64,000 nucleotides of DNA. Source: an uncultured virus (IMG/VR IMGVR_UViG_3300037156_000055) (taxonomy: Duplodnaviria > Heunggongvirae > Uroviricota > Caudoviricetes). The position numbers and the translations under genes are program-made. The notes beneath the pieces are model-generated. The model was not told the origin of the DNA. It saw only the letters and a program-made list of their open reading frames with translations, and did no database searches. The stretch is from IMG/VR virus record IMGVR_UViG_3300037156_000055, one strand, 5' to 3'. Shown here one piece after another: positions 19,902 through 30,365 of the stretch. Position 1 is the first letter of the stretch, and every line of letters starts with the position of its first letter.

Positions 19902-20414
19902 TTAGTCCAATTCTTTTTCCATGGATTCAACGCCGTCAGCATATGTTGCCGAGTAGTTAGCCATAAATTCTGATAGCTGCTTTGATTGCAGCTTGTAAAC
20001 GTTTCCGAGGGTCGTTAGGAGCGGCTTAGCATGTTCTACCTGAACCAACATTGGGATGTAGGCTCCAAGGGTTTCATACAAGCGATCCAATGCGCCTTCG
20101 ACAATGAGCGAACGCATCTCAGCGGTAGCGACTTCATCTTTAGTAACACCAGTTGAAATGATGTAACGAGGAAGCCACTTGCGTTGAACTAGGTTACGCT
20201 GCTCGTAGAGATGATTCCGTGCCCGCTTAAATTTCTCGTCGTGCTTGTCAAAAATCTCTTGATCGAACTGAGGGTTGTTATTCTTGCGCTTTGACAGCGG
20301 GTACTCTTCATTAAGAGTTTGGACAACCGGGCGAAGAATCTGATTACCGGCAGCGAAGAACGCTTCCTTAATAGCCTCACGATGCTTAGCCTGTTGATCT
20401 GCAATGATACTCAT
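19902..20414 (-). CDS. hypothetical protein
   Basis: 170 aa ORF in tail operon. Confidence 0.7.
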   Translation of the reverse strand: MSIIADQQAKHREAIKEAFFAAGNQILRPVVQTLNEEYPLSKRKNNNPQFDQEIFDKHDEKFKRARNHLYEQRNLVQRKWLPRYIISTGVTKDEVATAEMRSLIVEGALDRLYETLGAYIPMLVQVEHAKPLLTTLGNVYKLQSKQLSEFMANYSATYADGVESMEKELD

Positions 20415-20429
20415 TCAAATTCCGATTCT

Positions 20430-20470
20430 AAAAAGAAAAGGGCCTATACCACATACGCAGCATAGGCCCC
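20430..20470 (-). terminator. intrinsic terminator after major tail gene
   Basis: GGGCCTAT...ATAGGCCC stem followed by TTTTCTTTTT on minus strand. Confidence 0.7.
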
Positions 20471-20494
20471 CTCAAAAGCAATGTCAGTTGTAAA

Positions 20495-22366
20495 CTACGT
20501 GGTCGCCGAGATAACGATAGAACCGGCTAAATCTTTGCCCGAGTACTTCTGGGTTAGCTCACTCGAACTCGTACCAGACTCAGCTTGCGTCCCGAACACT
20601 GGCTGTGCGCCTGTGTACGTCATGATTACCTTAGCATTCGTGATCGGATGCTTGATAGAGATTACGAACGGCGAAGCATTCGTATTCTGGTAACGCGCAA
20701 TGTAGTCCATCGTGTAGATGTCACCAGCAGTACCGTTGCCGGTTGCGCCAGCAGAGAACTGTTCAATGATAGAGTTATCAACTGGGATAACGTCTAGCGA
20801 ATACCCGATGTCAGGAACACCGGCAGTACCATAAATGACTTCATCTTCTCCTGCGCCTTGAACTTGCTTACGCGGGACTGTTACGTCAATGGTTGCTGTC
20901 TGAACCCGAGGAACACCAAAGGCACCGATAGTCACTGGCGTTAGACGACCAGGGATACCAGCTACGTCAACTGTGTCAAGCGTAGTCGTGCCGATTGTCT
21001 TCGGCGACGAAGATGTATCGTAAGACGAGAACAGTACATGCCATACATCACCAAGAGCGGCAACATCTCCAGCTACGATAAACCCGTTAAGCGGATTATA
21101 AACGCAACGTCCAGATGTTGGAGCAAGAGCGATAGTAATACCAGTCGTTGCATGGATATGAGTCGTGGTGAACGATAGAGTAGAACCAGTGATAGCGGTT
21201 ACAACACAGTTCTCAACAACTGCCGTCGCGGCACCAACATCAACGATGATCGTGGAACCAACGGTGATTTCTGGCCCAAGATAGTTGCCTACGCCTGTGA
21301 CAGTCGCTTGGACAAGTGCTTGAGCACCTGCAGTACCAAGAGATGCGTTAGTAACCTTGTAATCTTGATTCTCGCGATAACGGACATACGAACCGGCAGA
21401 ATACGAAACACCACCGATAGTCTGTGCTAACGCCGAGATACGTGCAATCTTGAGCATGTTAGCGCGGCCAGAACTATAGAGTGAGTTCGGTGGCTGACCA
21501 GATGCAGGAGGATTGACGCGAACCGGAATCTCAGCGCCTGCTGTTGCAGAGTTGAGTGCCCCGAAGAATGTCGAACTAACAGGGATCGAGTTATTCGTTA
21601 CGTCGCCTGCAAGAACTATATAGTTCTTGCTAACAGGATAGCCGTTAGCATAAACTAACTGCGGCCCCATAACGTCCCAGGATTCCATCGTTGTGCCGGT
21701 GCTTTTCGCAGCGACATTAAGTTTGGCGACCAAACCGTCGATAGCAGCCCAGAAGGCGTAAACGTTGCCCTTAGGATCAGCGATGATGCGCGTGTAGTCG
21801 AACTGAGCATTCGCAAGATCGAAGTAGTTCCACGTAACTGTTTGACCACCGACTAGGAACTGCCAACCAGCGGCATGGGTCTTACCGAACGTACAAGTGA
21901 ATGTACCGGCTGAAGCTGCAGTCGTTAGAACTGTTTCAGCTTGGGCAGTATTGGGTTCACAAGTAATGCTAACACCAGCACCACCGATACCGATTGATGC
22001 GGCAGTGACGCCGCCAGCAATCGTAATAACTGCTGAACCAACGGTAGCTGCAGTCGTAGCATACCCGCCACGTTTCTTAGCGGTTAGAAGCTCAAGAAGT
22101 TTGACTGATGTTGCTTGACGATTGAACTTACCGTGGAACTCACCAAGGTTTACAACGCCACCAACAATACCGTTGGTACCGACTTCGATAACTGGATCAA
22201 CCTTAGTTGCGTTATCGATGTCAACTGATTCAAGACGCGATACGCCAGTAAGCGGAGATGTGGTTGTTAGTGAAAGCTGAAGATTAGAACGATCATCAAT
22301 GAGGGTATAAGTTAGCCGACCTTGACGATCTGTCACCGGGCCGTGGGTAGGCGCATTCGTTGCCAT
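20495..22366 (-). CDS. major tail (tube) protein with inserted decoration domains
   Basis: 623 aa; upstream of chaperone and tape measure; followed by terminator. Confidence 0.65.
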   Translation of the reverse strand: MATNAPTHGPVTDRQGRLTYTLIDDRSNLQLSLTTTSPLTGVSRLESVDIDNATKVDPVIEVGTNGIVGGVVNLGEFHGKFNRQATSVKLLELLTAKKRGGYATTAATVGSAVITIAGGVTAASIGIGGAGVSITCEPNTAQAETVLTTAASAGTFTCTFGKTHAAGWQFLVGGQTVTWNYFDLANAQFDYTRIIADPKGNVYAFWAAIDGLVAKLNVAAKSTGTTMESWDVMGPQLVYANGYPVSKNYIVLAGDVTNNSIPVSSTFFGALNSATAGAEIPVRVNPPASGQPPNSLYSSGRANMLKIARISALAQTIGGVSYSAGSYVRYRENQDYKVTNASLGTAGAQALVQATVTGVGNYLGPEITVGSTIIVDVGAATAVVENCVVTAITGSTLSFTTTHIHATTGITIALAPTSGRCVYNPLNGFIVAGDVAALGDVWHVLFSSYDTSSSPKTIGTTTLDTVDVAGIPGRLTPVTIGAFGVPRVQTATIDVTVPRKQVQGAGEDEVIYGTAGVPDIGYSLDVIPVDNSIIEQFSAGATGNGTAGDIYTMDYIARYQNTNASPFVISIKHPITNAKVIMTYTGAQPVFGTQAESGTSSSELTQKYSGKDLAGSIVISATT

Positions 22367-22390
22367 TTTGTGTGGCTCCTATAGAAAAAG

Positions 22391-22966
22391 TTAAAAAGAA
22401 GCCGCCATAGGCTCCACAGAATAATGGACATTCTTGCCTTGCTTGGAATTGCAAGACTGACATTGAGCAACTATGTTGCTAATGTAATCACTGCCACCTA
22501 AACACCACGGTACGAGATGGCCCACGGTCAATTTCTTTGCTAACTTGCAATCGAAACATTTGTAGTCTTGCGCGATCTTAACGGCTATCCACTCATCATC
22601 GGTATGCGATCCAGTGGCTGCGAGTTTTATATCTCTACGAAGACGGTACTCTGCCGAAACTTTTTCGGGGAATTTCTTGCGCCAGCGTTCTCGCTTTGCA
22701 TTACTCTTATCAGGGTTGGCCCTTTGCCATTCTAAATTTTTCCTGATTAGTTCATCTCGATTATCAGCGTAATAAACTTTACCAGCAACAGATTTTTGCT
22801 GTTTAGATTTCTCTGTACTATGCCTTGCAACAGATTTAGCCCGAGATAACTCTACGTCTTGATGATAACGTCTTTTGGCCGCAGCGTTAAAGCATGGAAT
22901 ACATCGTTTGCCAACCTGCTTTATCTCTCCGCACTTTACGCACGGATACGGAGCGTTATGATTCAA
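22391..22966 (-). CDS. HNH homing endonuclease
   Basis: GSHTDDEW..CFDC..LTVGHLVPWCLGGSDYISNIVAQCQSCN. Confidence 0.88.
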   Translation of the reverse strand: MNHNAPYPCVKCGEIKQVGKRCIPCFNAAAKRRYHQDVELSRAKSVARHSTEKSKQQKSVAGKVYYADNRDELIRKNLEWQRANPDKSNAKRERWRKKFPEKVSAEYRLRRDIKLAATGSHTDDEWIAVKIAQDYKCFDCKLAKKLTVGHLVPWCLGGSDYISNIVAQCQSCNSKQGKNVHYSVEPMAASF

Positions 22967-22989
22967 TGTCAGGTTCTCCTAAATAGTAG

Positions 22990-23610
22990 CTAAGCCTCGC
23001 GCACGATGGCTCTAATAGCTGGAATCAAAGTTTCTTCTACGATGTACTCAAGATCAACGCCACGGAACATGCCAAGCGCAGGGATAGTCTTAGTCATTGT
23101 CTCAAAACGATGACCAGGAGCAGGGACTAACTTTGCGTGTTCTGTCTTGCCATTCACCGGATGAATGTAAAACGTACCGCTAATGCCGCCTTCCCAGCAC
23201 TCCCAAAATGGAAATGAGGAAGTGAAACGATCACCGTTGATGTTCGTCCATGAATACTGTGACGACGTATTTAGGTTAGCGATGTTCCCTACGCCGACAG
23301 TAAGATTGTCAATCATTTGAAAATTCGCAAGAATCTCTTGCTGCAAATACAGGCCATCTGGCTTCTCAAACCGGAGGCGATGGTCGCCATCGTCGGTCTG
23401 CCCTGGGCCACCGACGCTAGGAAGGCCCTCAGGGTTGCCCTCACCCTGCATCATTATGTTATACTCGTCCTGGGGGCTAGGAGCCCGTAGAGAGGCTTCT
23501 GAGGCCATTTCTGACCCTATCTGGAAGACCTTGGCCGGAAGCTCCGTGCGAAGCTTGGCAAAGAGGCCCTTGAGGCGCTTGGAACCGCCCGTGTCCTCGA
23601 TGTTAGCCAC
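22990..23610 (-). CDS. neck / tail completion protein
   Basis: Position between head and tail genes. Confidence 0.5.
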   Translation of the reverse strand: MANIEDTGGSKRLKGLFAKLRTELPAKVFQIGSEMASEASLRAPSPQDEYNIMMQGEGNPEGLPSVGGPGQTDDGDHRLRFEKPDGLYLQQEILANFQMIDNLTVGVGNIANLNTSSQYSWTNINGDRFTSSFPFWECWEGGISGTFYIHPVNGKTEHAKLVPAPGHRFETMTKTIPALGMFRGVDLEYIVEETLIPAIRAIVREA

Positions 23611-24245
23611 TAAACCCCGTCCGCTGTAGCGATAGCCACCCGGAAGTCAAACTCCACGTTGAAGTCTCGTCTATCGATTACAAGCGCGTCTTTGTAGGTT
23701 GGACGCCTTGGCATCACTGGATTCTTAATCTCAGCATAACCAACTTGGGGAAACATATTGTTTACCCTCGGCTGTGTGCTATCTACAATCGGGAATGAAA
23801 ACGTTCTACCGACAGCATTCCATACTGCGGTTTGCAGAATCATAATCGCTAAACGATTGGTACTTTGCGTAAGATTGGAATCAGTAGATTGATTCACTAC
23901 TGGAACACATTGGAAAAGAACCTTATGCCATTCCCAATTAGCTCCATCTCCTGCGCCTGTTGTTTTAGGAGGGGGTGCCCCGCCAGTCGTATCTAATCCA
24001 TAGCCAACGACTGGAACACGCTTGAATAAACCATCAGCATCAGTATCCATATCGAGGATACCCATACCCTTACCATCATTTACGTAAGTGCTATCTTTGC
24101 TAAGCTGAAGATCAGTATTCAGCCCCGCGAGGGCTGATGCAGCATCGTAAGGAATCTTGATACTCTGGTAGATCATCTGCCAAAGCGATGAATTGAGATT
24201 TTGATAGCTACCATATATGTTTGGCAGCACACCGAATACAGCCAT
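23610..24245 (-). CDS. putative tail terminator / neck protein
   Basis: Position; coupled ORFs. Confidence 0.45.
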   Translation of the reverse strand: MAVFGVLPNIYGSYQNLNSSLWQMIYQSIKIPYDAASALAGLNTDLQLSKDSTYVNDGKGMGILDMDTDADGLFKRVPVVGYGLDTTGGAPPPKTTGAGDGANWEWHKVLFQCVPVVNQSTDSNLTQSTNRLAIMILQTAVWNAVGRTFSFPIVDSTQPRVNNMFPQVGYAEIKNPVMPRRPTYKDALVIDRRDFNVEFDFRVAIATADGV

Positions 24246-24246
24246 C

Positions 24247-24642
24247 TTATTGCCTCGCTTGTAATTTAACGTGGCAAGTGATTTTGTTAACGCCGGTGTC
24301 TACAGATACAACTTCGAATGATCCGCGCTCGCCTCCGACTTGCACGGAATATGCTTGCCGGAATGTTTCTTCGTACTCAGGGTGGACTTCGAGTGTTCCC
24401 TTACGACGAATGACGGAATTGAAAAGCTCGGGATCAGCAACGTCGCTCGTAAGAGCAAAGATACCTGCACCTGAAATTACTGTATCTGTGCTTGGATCAA
24501 GATGCTCGGATTGAGAATCTAATGGGGCAGCGGACGGATCGAACGGTGGCTGTACTTGAATGCGAGCTAGAAACCTGCGACCACTACCTGATCTGATATC
24601 GTTGAATAATTTGAGAATTTCTCGTTTGTTGTTAATTCTCAT
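24247..24642 (-). CDS. putative head closure protein
   Basis: 131 aa beta-rich ORF in neck cluster. Confidence 0.45.
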   Translation of the reverse strand: MRINNKREILKLFNDIRSGSGRRFLARIQVQPPFDPSAAPLDSQSEHLDPSTDTVISGAGIFALTSDVADPELFNSVIRRKGTLEVHPEYEETFRQAYSVQVGGERGSFEVVSVDTGVNKITCHVKLQARQ

Positions 24643-24654
24643 TAGACAACCTCG

Positions 24655-24963
24655 CTAGATCAATGCTTGGGTAATCGGTATCGTCGCGATAGTCGTCTTA
24701 GTCACAACGCCGCTAGCGTATGAAATAACTGCTTCGATTTTGTAAGTACCACCGACTGGGAACATTCCAACAACCGTAGTTAGTGTTAGCAAATTACTAA
24801 CGACTGACGTAGGTGCATACGAGACTGCTGTATTGAGTGGCCCTGTGACGACTACAACTAATGTTGTATAGCCACTTGGAACCCACGGAGTGATGCCGTC
24901 AGCTTGAACTAATGTAATCGGAATGGTATCGCCCTGCGTACCACTTTGCAACGGTATTGCCAT
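24655..24963 (-). CDS. BppU-N-like small structural protein
   Basis: QGDTIPITL..DG..GTYKIEAVISY. Confidence 0.5.
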   Translation of the reverse strand: MAIPLQSGTQGDTIPITLVQADGITPWVPSGYTTLVVVVTGPLNTAVSYAPTSVVSNLLTLTTVVGMFPVGGTYKIEAVISYASGVVTKTTIATIPITQALI

Positions 24964-24972
24964 CGTTACTTC

Positions 24973-25545
24973 CTAACTCAGTTCAAGCGTCATTGGGTAG
25001 TTAGTATTCACGATAAGCGTGAGCGGGTAAACTTGGCCCGTTGTCAACGTCATCGAATAACTTTGGGATACCATCAACGTCAGCGGCATAGACGTGCTAA
25101 CCGCTAGCGTTGTCGGATATACAGTACTGACCATCAATGTTATCGGATATGATGCAGTGGTTAACGTCCCAGCCTTCGAGCCAGTCCAATTTCCAATGAA
25201 CGATCCGACCGCACTAAAGAACTTCCGAATACTCTTGCCGATGCTTCCACTTGGAGTGAAAGAAGCAACGAGAGACTTACCTATACTCTTATTCAAGACG
25301 CCTGTTGGCGTCATACTAGCTATCAACGCCTTAAGCGTTGATTTATTCAAGACGCCTGTTGGCGTCATACTAGCTACAAGCGTTTTGCTTGTCGATTTAG
25401 TGAGAGTACCTGATGGAGTAATCGAAGCGACCATTACATGATTAGTTTGTAACTTGATAGCACCGCTTGGTGTAAGCGAAGCTGTGAACGACATATTGTA
25501 GATCGTACCGCTACTACTAGGTTTCAATAATAGTAGTAGCGACAT
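24973..25545 (-). CDS. Ser/Thr-rich repeat structural protein
   Basis: 18-aa repeats (ASxTPxGxLxK) and 10-aa YPxTLxV repeats. Confidence 0.7.
   Translation of the reverse strand: MSLLLLLKPSSSGTIYNMSFTASLTPSGAIKLQTNHVMVASITPSGTLTKSTSKTLVASMTPTGVLNKSTLKALIASMTPTGVLNKSIGKSLVASFTPSGSIGKSIRKFFSAVGSFIGNWTGSKAGTLTTASYPITLMVSTVYPTTLAVSTSMPLTLMVSQSYSMTLTTGQVYPLTLIVNTNYPMTLELS
25289..25376. repeat. 34-bp perfect direct repeat, 54-bp period, intragenic
   Basis: TTATTCAAGACGCCTGTTGGCGTCATACTAGCTA at 25289-25322 and 25343-25376. Confidence 0.9.
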
Positions 25546-25564
25546 AGCCTACCGCCTCAAAGAG

Positions 25565-27178
25565 TTATCGTTGCAATATGCAATCAAATAATTCGACCGC
25601 ACTATGCCTCTGTGTTAGTAACAATCCCATCTTGATGGACGGTGTTGTAGGATCAATATAACTCGTCATTGCCATCTTCTGGCCGACGAGGGCCGCAGCG
25701 GCTGGTGAGAACCGTAATTGCGTCCAGGTATTGAGATTACGCGTGTACGCATTGAAGCGATAATATACATTGCTTCCGTTCAACTGAATGTAATACTCTA
25801 AACCATTGTTCGAAACAGCGTCATAAGCTCCGCTTGTACCAGTCGTAAACGTTGGCGTAATAGACCCATACGTTACGGCTGATGCCCACGAACCTGTAGC
25901 TGCTCCCGCAATATCAAATACATCAAGTGTGTTAGTAGCACCACCACGAAAAGCGAATAACTGAGAATACCTAAAGTTTCGGCTTGCATCGGCGAGGTAT
26001 AACGAGCTTGCCACCCCAGAGGGCTGAAACGTCATTCCGCCTGCACCCATCGCCGTACCACGTACTGCATAGGTTGTAGTTGTCCATGAATCCGCTGCTG
26101 CAGCACCGATAGCAACCCAACAATAAGTAAATGTTGTTGTTGATGCACCAGACCACATTAGGATTTCATTCGCATTTTCAATTACGAACGTCGCGCCGGA
26201 TGAGGGTGTGGTTGTCCACGTAGGTACAGTATATACTGGGCTCGCTCCAGCAGTATGCGAAGTGATCTTTCGACGTTGACCAACAGAAAGAGGTGTTGTC
26301 GCGTCTGTCACGATCCGAATCTGAAAGTTGCGAAACTCGTTTGCAAGAACCTGAAAATCCGAACCTGCTCCCGAAGCCGCTCCAGTGATTGACGTGGCAG
26401 CGGTACCTGTCGAGGTAATATTACCGAAGAAGCCCTGCCCAGGTAATTTATCCGACGGGACATAGAGTTCATCCATGACCATAAGATTTGATTCTACCGT
26501 TGGAGCTACCAAGTTCGTTGTACTAAGGCTTGCAACGATTGTATTGAGGGCTTGATCGTAAGCCTTCCAATAACCAGCAGCGACTACACCGGCACTCAGC
26601 ATGTAAAGCCGACCGCCATAGATTTCGTAAGCCGCACCGACTAATGCTGTACCTACCGGAGCAACGCCTGTTGAGTTACCATTGGCGTCAACACCGTAGA
26701 CCGAACAAACGGGAGTTGTACCAGAACTATTAGCAAAGATGATACACTCGAACGTTGTTCCGCCACCTGCGACATTATTGATGATCCGCATTTTGTAGCC
26801 GCGACCATCGCCGCGACCCGCAAGCTGGTTAACACCAACTGCTGCTGCAAGAGCAGACAGCGTATATTGATTTCCAGATACTGCGGAAAGTGTTCCGCGA
26901 GGACCGTGAGAAGGCGCAAATACTGCGTTAGCACCGGCACCGAATGTACCAGCTAAAGCAGGGTTGATAAACGTACTCTGCCAGCCATTATTCTTTACGT
27001 GATGAGAATTGACAATCGCAGCCGACTGTAATTGGAAGACTTCGGGATGACGATCTTCGGTATTCCGCATGTCAAAGGCCATAGCCCCTGCAGTTACCGT
27101 AGCGGCAGGACCTACAGCGAGAGGACGGAAATCTGGCTTATGAAGTACATCATGAAAATTAGTTGTTAATGCTGGCAT
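25565..27178 (-). CDS. virion structural protein (head/neck appendage-like)
   Basis: 537 aa beta-rich; QIRIV..GQRRKITSHT motif. Confidence 0.6.
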   Translation of the reverse strand: MPALTTNFHDVLHKPDFRPLAVGPAATVTAGAMAFDMRNTEDRHPEVFQLQSAAIVNSHHVKNNGWQSTFINPALAGTFGAGANAVFAPSHGPRGTLSAVSGNQYTLSALAAAVGVNQLAGRGDGRGYKMRIINNVAGGGTTFECIIFANSSGTTPVCSVYGVDANGNSTGVAPVGTALVGAAYEIYGGRLYMLSAGVVAAGYWKAYDQALNTIVASLSTTNLVAPTVESNLMVMDELYVPSDKLPGQGFFGNITSTGTAATSITGAASGAGSDFQVLANEFRNFQIRIVTDATTPLSVGQRRKITSHTAGASPVYTVPTWTTTPSSGATFVIENANEILMWSGASTTTFTYCWVAIGAAAADSWTTTTYAVRGTAMGAGGMTFQPSGVASSLYLADASRNFRYSQLFAFRGGATNTLDVFDIAGAATGSWASAVTYGSITPTFTTGTSGAYDAVSNNGLEYYIQLNGSNVYYRFNAYTRNLNTWTQLRFSPAAAALVGQKMAMTSYIDPTTPSIKMGLLLTQRHSAVELFDCILQR

Positions 27179-27657
27179 TAGGTCATGTTCCTCAACACGG
27201 TGTTAGAATGTGACATCAATGCCGCGTCATAAAGCAATGATTGTTTTACGTCAAAGCCTGCAAGCTGCTGCATATTGGTAACAGTGCTAACAGTGGTAAC
27301 GGTACCAACTGTAGTAATAGTGGCAAGAGTCAATGCTGCTGCAATATTATCGACAGTAACGCGCAAACGCGCGGTTGTTGGATCGAGCCATAATGGATTC
27401 GTCTGAATCGTCAGTAACTCAATAAGTGCTGCGCTTATATCTTCTAATGTGACTAGGCCACGAACTCGTAACGCAAGATCAGCAATAGCTGGTGCTAAAG
27501 AATTAACAGCCGCGCCAAGTGAAGCTGGATCGAGAGGATCAACGAGTGTAACACCTTGGCGTTCTACAACCTTGCCATCTGATGTTCGTGTAACTTCGCG
27601 TGTGTCAACTATCTTTCCACTTGAATCAGGATTAAGTTGTACGAATCCGTCAGCCAT
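27178..27657 (-). CDS. virion structural protein
   Basis: Likely start MADGFVQLNPDSSGK; ITTVGTVTTV repeats. Confidence 0.6.
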   Translation of the reverse strand: MADGFVQLNPDSSGKIVDTREVTRTSDGKVVERQGVTLVDPLDPASLGAAVNSLAPAIADLALRVRGLVTLEDISAALIELLTIQTNPLWLDPTTARLRVTVDNIAAALTLATITTVGTVTTVSTVTNMQQLAGFDVKQSLLYDAALMSHSNTVLRNMT

Positions 27658-27658
27658 A

Positions 27659-28228
27659 CTAGCCTCCAGGCGTACAAGTAAATGTATAAGTCGGAACGAA
27701 CGAATCACCGTTGTTAACAGTTACGATTGCGAACGTCTTGTGATCTAACATAGTGCCGCCAGATGAGGCTGTGAACAATCCCCACTCGCGAAGAATGAAT
27801 GTGCCCGCAAAAGGCAATGTAGCCGTTGTGCGATATTGACCGGCGGAAGGATTACTCTGTGTACCAGCTACGCGAGCGTTGCCAGTCGGAGTACCTAATA
27901 CGGTATCTGCAATTGTCTCAGCGGTTGCGTTAGTACCAAGATCATGAAAGTTTGCAAGCTTAAGGGTTGCAGTAGCATTCGTCCAGTCTGCAGCGAGCAA
28001 TGTCGTGCCCGCTGTAGTGACTAAGCCCGAACCTGTATCGATGATGTTCTTGAGCTTACCATCGCCGTCGTAATGTTCGATTACGAGGCGCGAACTGAAT
28101 ACTTGATTAGCAAAGATTTCTGCGGACCCGTTATCCGGTGTCCATAGTACGCGACCCATGCCAAAGGGAAGATGGAGTGACTTCATATCTATTCCCCTTG
28201 AAGGATGCGTAACAATTTCGCAAGCCAT
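27659..28228 (-). CDS. virion structural protein
   Basis: LVTTAG..GT..AETIADT.L..ILREWGLF..MLDH..VNNGDS, a pattern common in phage structural proteins. Confidence 0.65.
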   Translation of the reverse strand: MACEIVTHPSRGIDMKSLHLPFGMGRVLWTPDNGSAEIFANQVFSSRLVIEHYDGDGKLKNIIDTGSGLVTTAGTTLLAADWTNATATLKLANFHDLGTNATAETIADTVLGTPTGNARVAGTQSNPSAGQYRTTATLPFAGTFILREWGLFTASSGGTMLDHKTFAIVTVNNGDSFVPTYTFTCTPGG

Positions 28229-28295
28229 TGCGGCTTAGCGCGAATTACCTTGAAAGTAAAATGACCTGTCGGGCGAACCTCGCCTTGAACATCCA

Positions 28296-28589
28296 TTACG
28301 CAAACTCAGTGATATTTGCTTGGCCGTTTACTGATGCCCAAATACCATTGACTACTCCGACAAAATCTGTCGGGCATGTGTATGATCCACCAGAGGCCGC
28401 GAGAGCAGCAGTGTAAAGTGCTGTAGTCGGTATAACTGAGCCAAGAGAAATATAGAGAATCGCAGTGCTAGCATTTACGATTGAAAAACCTTTGCGATCC
28501 CGATTCAAAGGCAGTAATACTACTGCTGTTGCAGATGACGGCACTGAGGTTAGGTTAGCTACTGTTGCGTTAGCATCTAAAACTGCCAT
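28296..28589 (-). CDS. small virion structural protein
   Basis: N.DRKGFSIVN.S..LYISLG. Confidence 0.6.
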   Translation of the reverse strand: MAVLDANATVANLTSVPSSATAVVLLPLNRDRKGFSIVNASTAILYISLGSVIPTTALYTAALAASGGSYTCPTDFVGVVNGIWASVNGQANITEFA

Positions 28590-28627
28590 GTGAAACTCCT
28601 AGTCGCACATGGCGACAGAACTAAAAT

Positions 28628-29707
28628 CTAATACCAAGCTTGATAGCCCATACCGTAGAATCTGCCAACTAACAGGTTATAAACAGGTAAAGTGCCTGAG
28701 GAATCGAAAAATGCAGCATACGTATCACGTACTGTTGGAATCGTAGCCGTCTTAATATATGCGTTTGCCATCGATCTAATTTCCGTGAAATCTGCAGATG
28801 ACAAAGTACTAAGACCATCGATAACGCGACCAGGAGCAGTATCAATGCTGAAGTCCTGCGTCTTATATGCTCTAGCTAGATCAGCTTTTTCCCGAGTCAT
28901 TGCCCGGTTTAATACTTTAAGCGCGATAGCCATGACGAGCGAACGTAAGCCATTGTTATTCAACGAACCATTTACGATTTGAACGTTGTTATCATTCGCT
29001 GTTCCAAACCCATTGATGTTGAAACTCGCCAGCATATCAATTGCTGTGGCTAACGCCGACGCGAGTTGAGAATTCGAATAACGCACTTCCGTATAACTAA
29101 TCGTTACAGCATCAGTCGTAAGCGGGGCAGTCGCAAACAAGATTTGACCTCTGCCTGCCGACACAGCATAATCCGTGTTATAGATCAAGTCTAGGTTGTT
29201 CTTGATTACCTGGACGCTATAATCTAATATGATCGGTGGAGTTGTATCAGGAATATCCGCTACACTGAACTGAGTTGTGACACCATCAGGCGTAAGTAGA
29301 CCGATGCCTGCGCCCGTATCAATATTTACATTAGTACTTGCTGATGCTGATTGTCCGTAGTCACCGATGTAATGCCGAAAATCTAAGATCATCCCAGTTA
29401 TCTGGGCATCATACAACCGTTGCTTGTAATATTGCGGCGAAGGTTGAGATATATCAAACGGGTCGTAATACGCAAGAGTTACATTGCCAACCACCGGAAT
29501 CGCTATGGTTGGTGCTGCACGATAAAGACGTAAGAACGTCCCGGCTGCATCATAAATGTTCGATGGTGACGCAAATGGTGAACCAGTTAGCGTCGTCCAT
29601 GGCCCGAGTTTATTCTGACGATTCGGATTACCGACTGTAGGATCAGAATATTGGACACTATAGCTAACCGCGCTTGGATAAGCGGGCAGACTGAATAAGT
29701 TTCCCAT
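28628..29707 (-). CDS. head-tail adaptor-like protein
   Basis: After capsid genes; internal DG.T..F..DY.V..G.I.F..AP domain. Confidence 0.55.
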   Translation of the reverse strand: MGNLFSLPAYPSAVSYSVQYSDPTVGNPNRQNKLGPWTTLTGSPFASPSNIYDAAGTFLRLYRAAPTIAIPVVGNVTLAYYDPFDISQPSPQYYKQRLYDAQITGMILDFRHYIGDYGQSASASTNVNIDTGAGIGLLTPDGVTTQFSVADIPDTTPPIILDYSVQVIKNNLDLIYNTDYAVSAGRGQILFATAPLTTDAVTISYTEVRYSNSQLASALATAIDMLASFNINGFGTANDNNVQIVNGSLNNNGLRSLVMAIALKVLNRAMTREKADLARAYKTQDFSIDTAPGRVIDGLSTLSSADFTEIRSMANAYIKTATIPTVRDTYAAFFDSSGTLPVYNLLVGRFYGMGYQAWY

Positions 29708-29727
29708 CTCTGACCCTCAATCGTTAG

Positions 29728-30285
29728 TTACTTAGGCTTATCGACCTTAGGCTTCTCTGTCTTCTCCCGCGCGATATCAGCAGCAGCACGAAGGCGCTCT
29801 GTATCAATCGATGGATTCTGAAGGTTAGCCGGAATCGGAATATTGCGAGATTCGTGATCCGCGAGAGCGATTGCAGAAAGCTGTAATATTGGATATGAAG
29901 TCTCTAGTACTTCTTCGGCACTCATCTCTGTTTCACCAAGAAGTTCAATCTGATTAGTACGCTTTAGATGATTCAGTATATTGCGTACTTCTTCGTTTGC
30001 GCGGCGGCGAAGGAGCATTTCATTTGCATGATCTTGCTCAACTTGACGCTTAACGGCATCAGGAAGTTTCTCATCAGCTTCATTCAAAGGCTCATAGTCT
30101 TCGTTGACTAGAACGATATGTACGATGTGACCGGCGACGAGTTCCTGAATTGGAAACGGTTTAGCCCCGGCTTCGGGGTGTGTTACATGCCGCTGCACTA
30201 AGCGCGGCGACATATCAGCATGGTCGATACCAGGAATGAACTTCATCGAACCCGTGATATGCTTAAAACTTATTTTTTTATTCAT
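29728..30285 (-). CDS. hypothetical protein
   Basis: 185 aa ORF downstream of capsid gene. Confidence 0.65.
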   Translation of the reverse strand: MNKKISFKHITGSMKFIPGIDHADMSPRLVQRHVTHPEAGAKPFPIQELVAGHIVHIVLVNEDYEPLNEADEKLPDAVKRQVEQDHANEMLLRRRANEEVRNILNHLKRTNQIELLGETEMSAEEVLETSYPILQLSAIALADHESRNIPIPANLQNPSIDTERLRAAADIAREKTEKPKVDKPK

Positions 30286-30311
30286 TAGTTGCTTTCTAAA
30301 ACAATACAGAC

Positions 30312-30338
30312 GAGAGGCCGCGTTTTAAGCGGCCTCTC
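30312..30338 (-). terminator. stem-loop downstream of capsid gene (probable terminator or stabiliser)
   Basis: GAGAGGCCGC-N7-GCGGCCTCTC; U-tract weak. Confidence 0.55.
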
Positions 30339-30365
30339 ATATCCGTATATCAGTTAACCTAGAAC

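Noticed and set aside
25289..25376. 34-bp direct repeats as a mini CRISPR array
   Set aside because: Only two copies with a 54-bp (18-codon) period matching protein repeats; no cas genes
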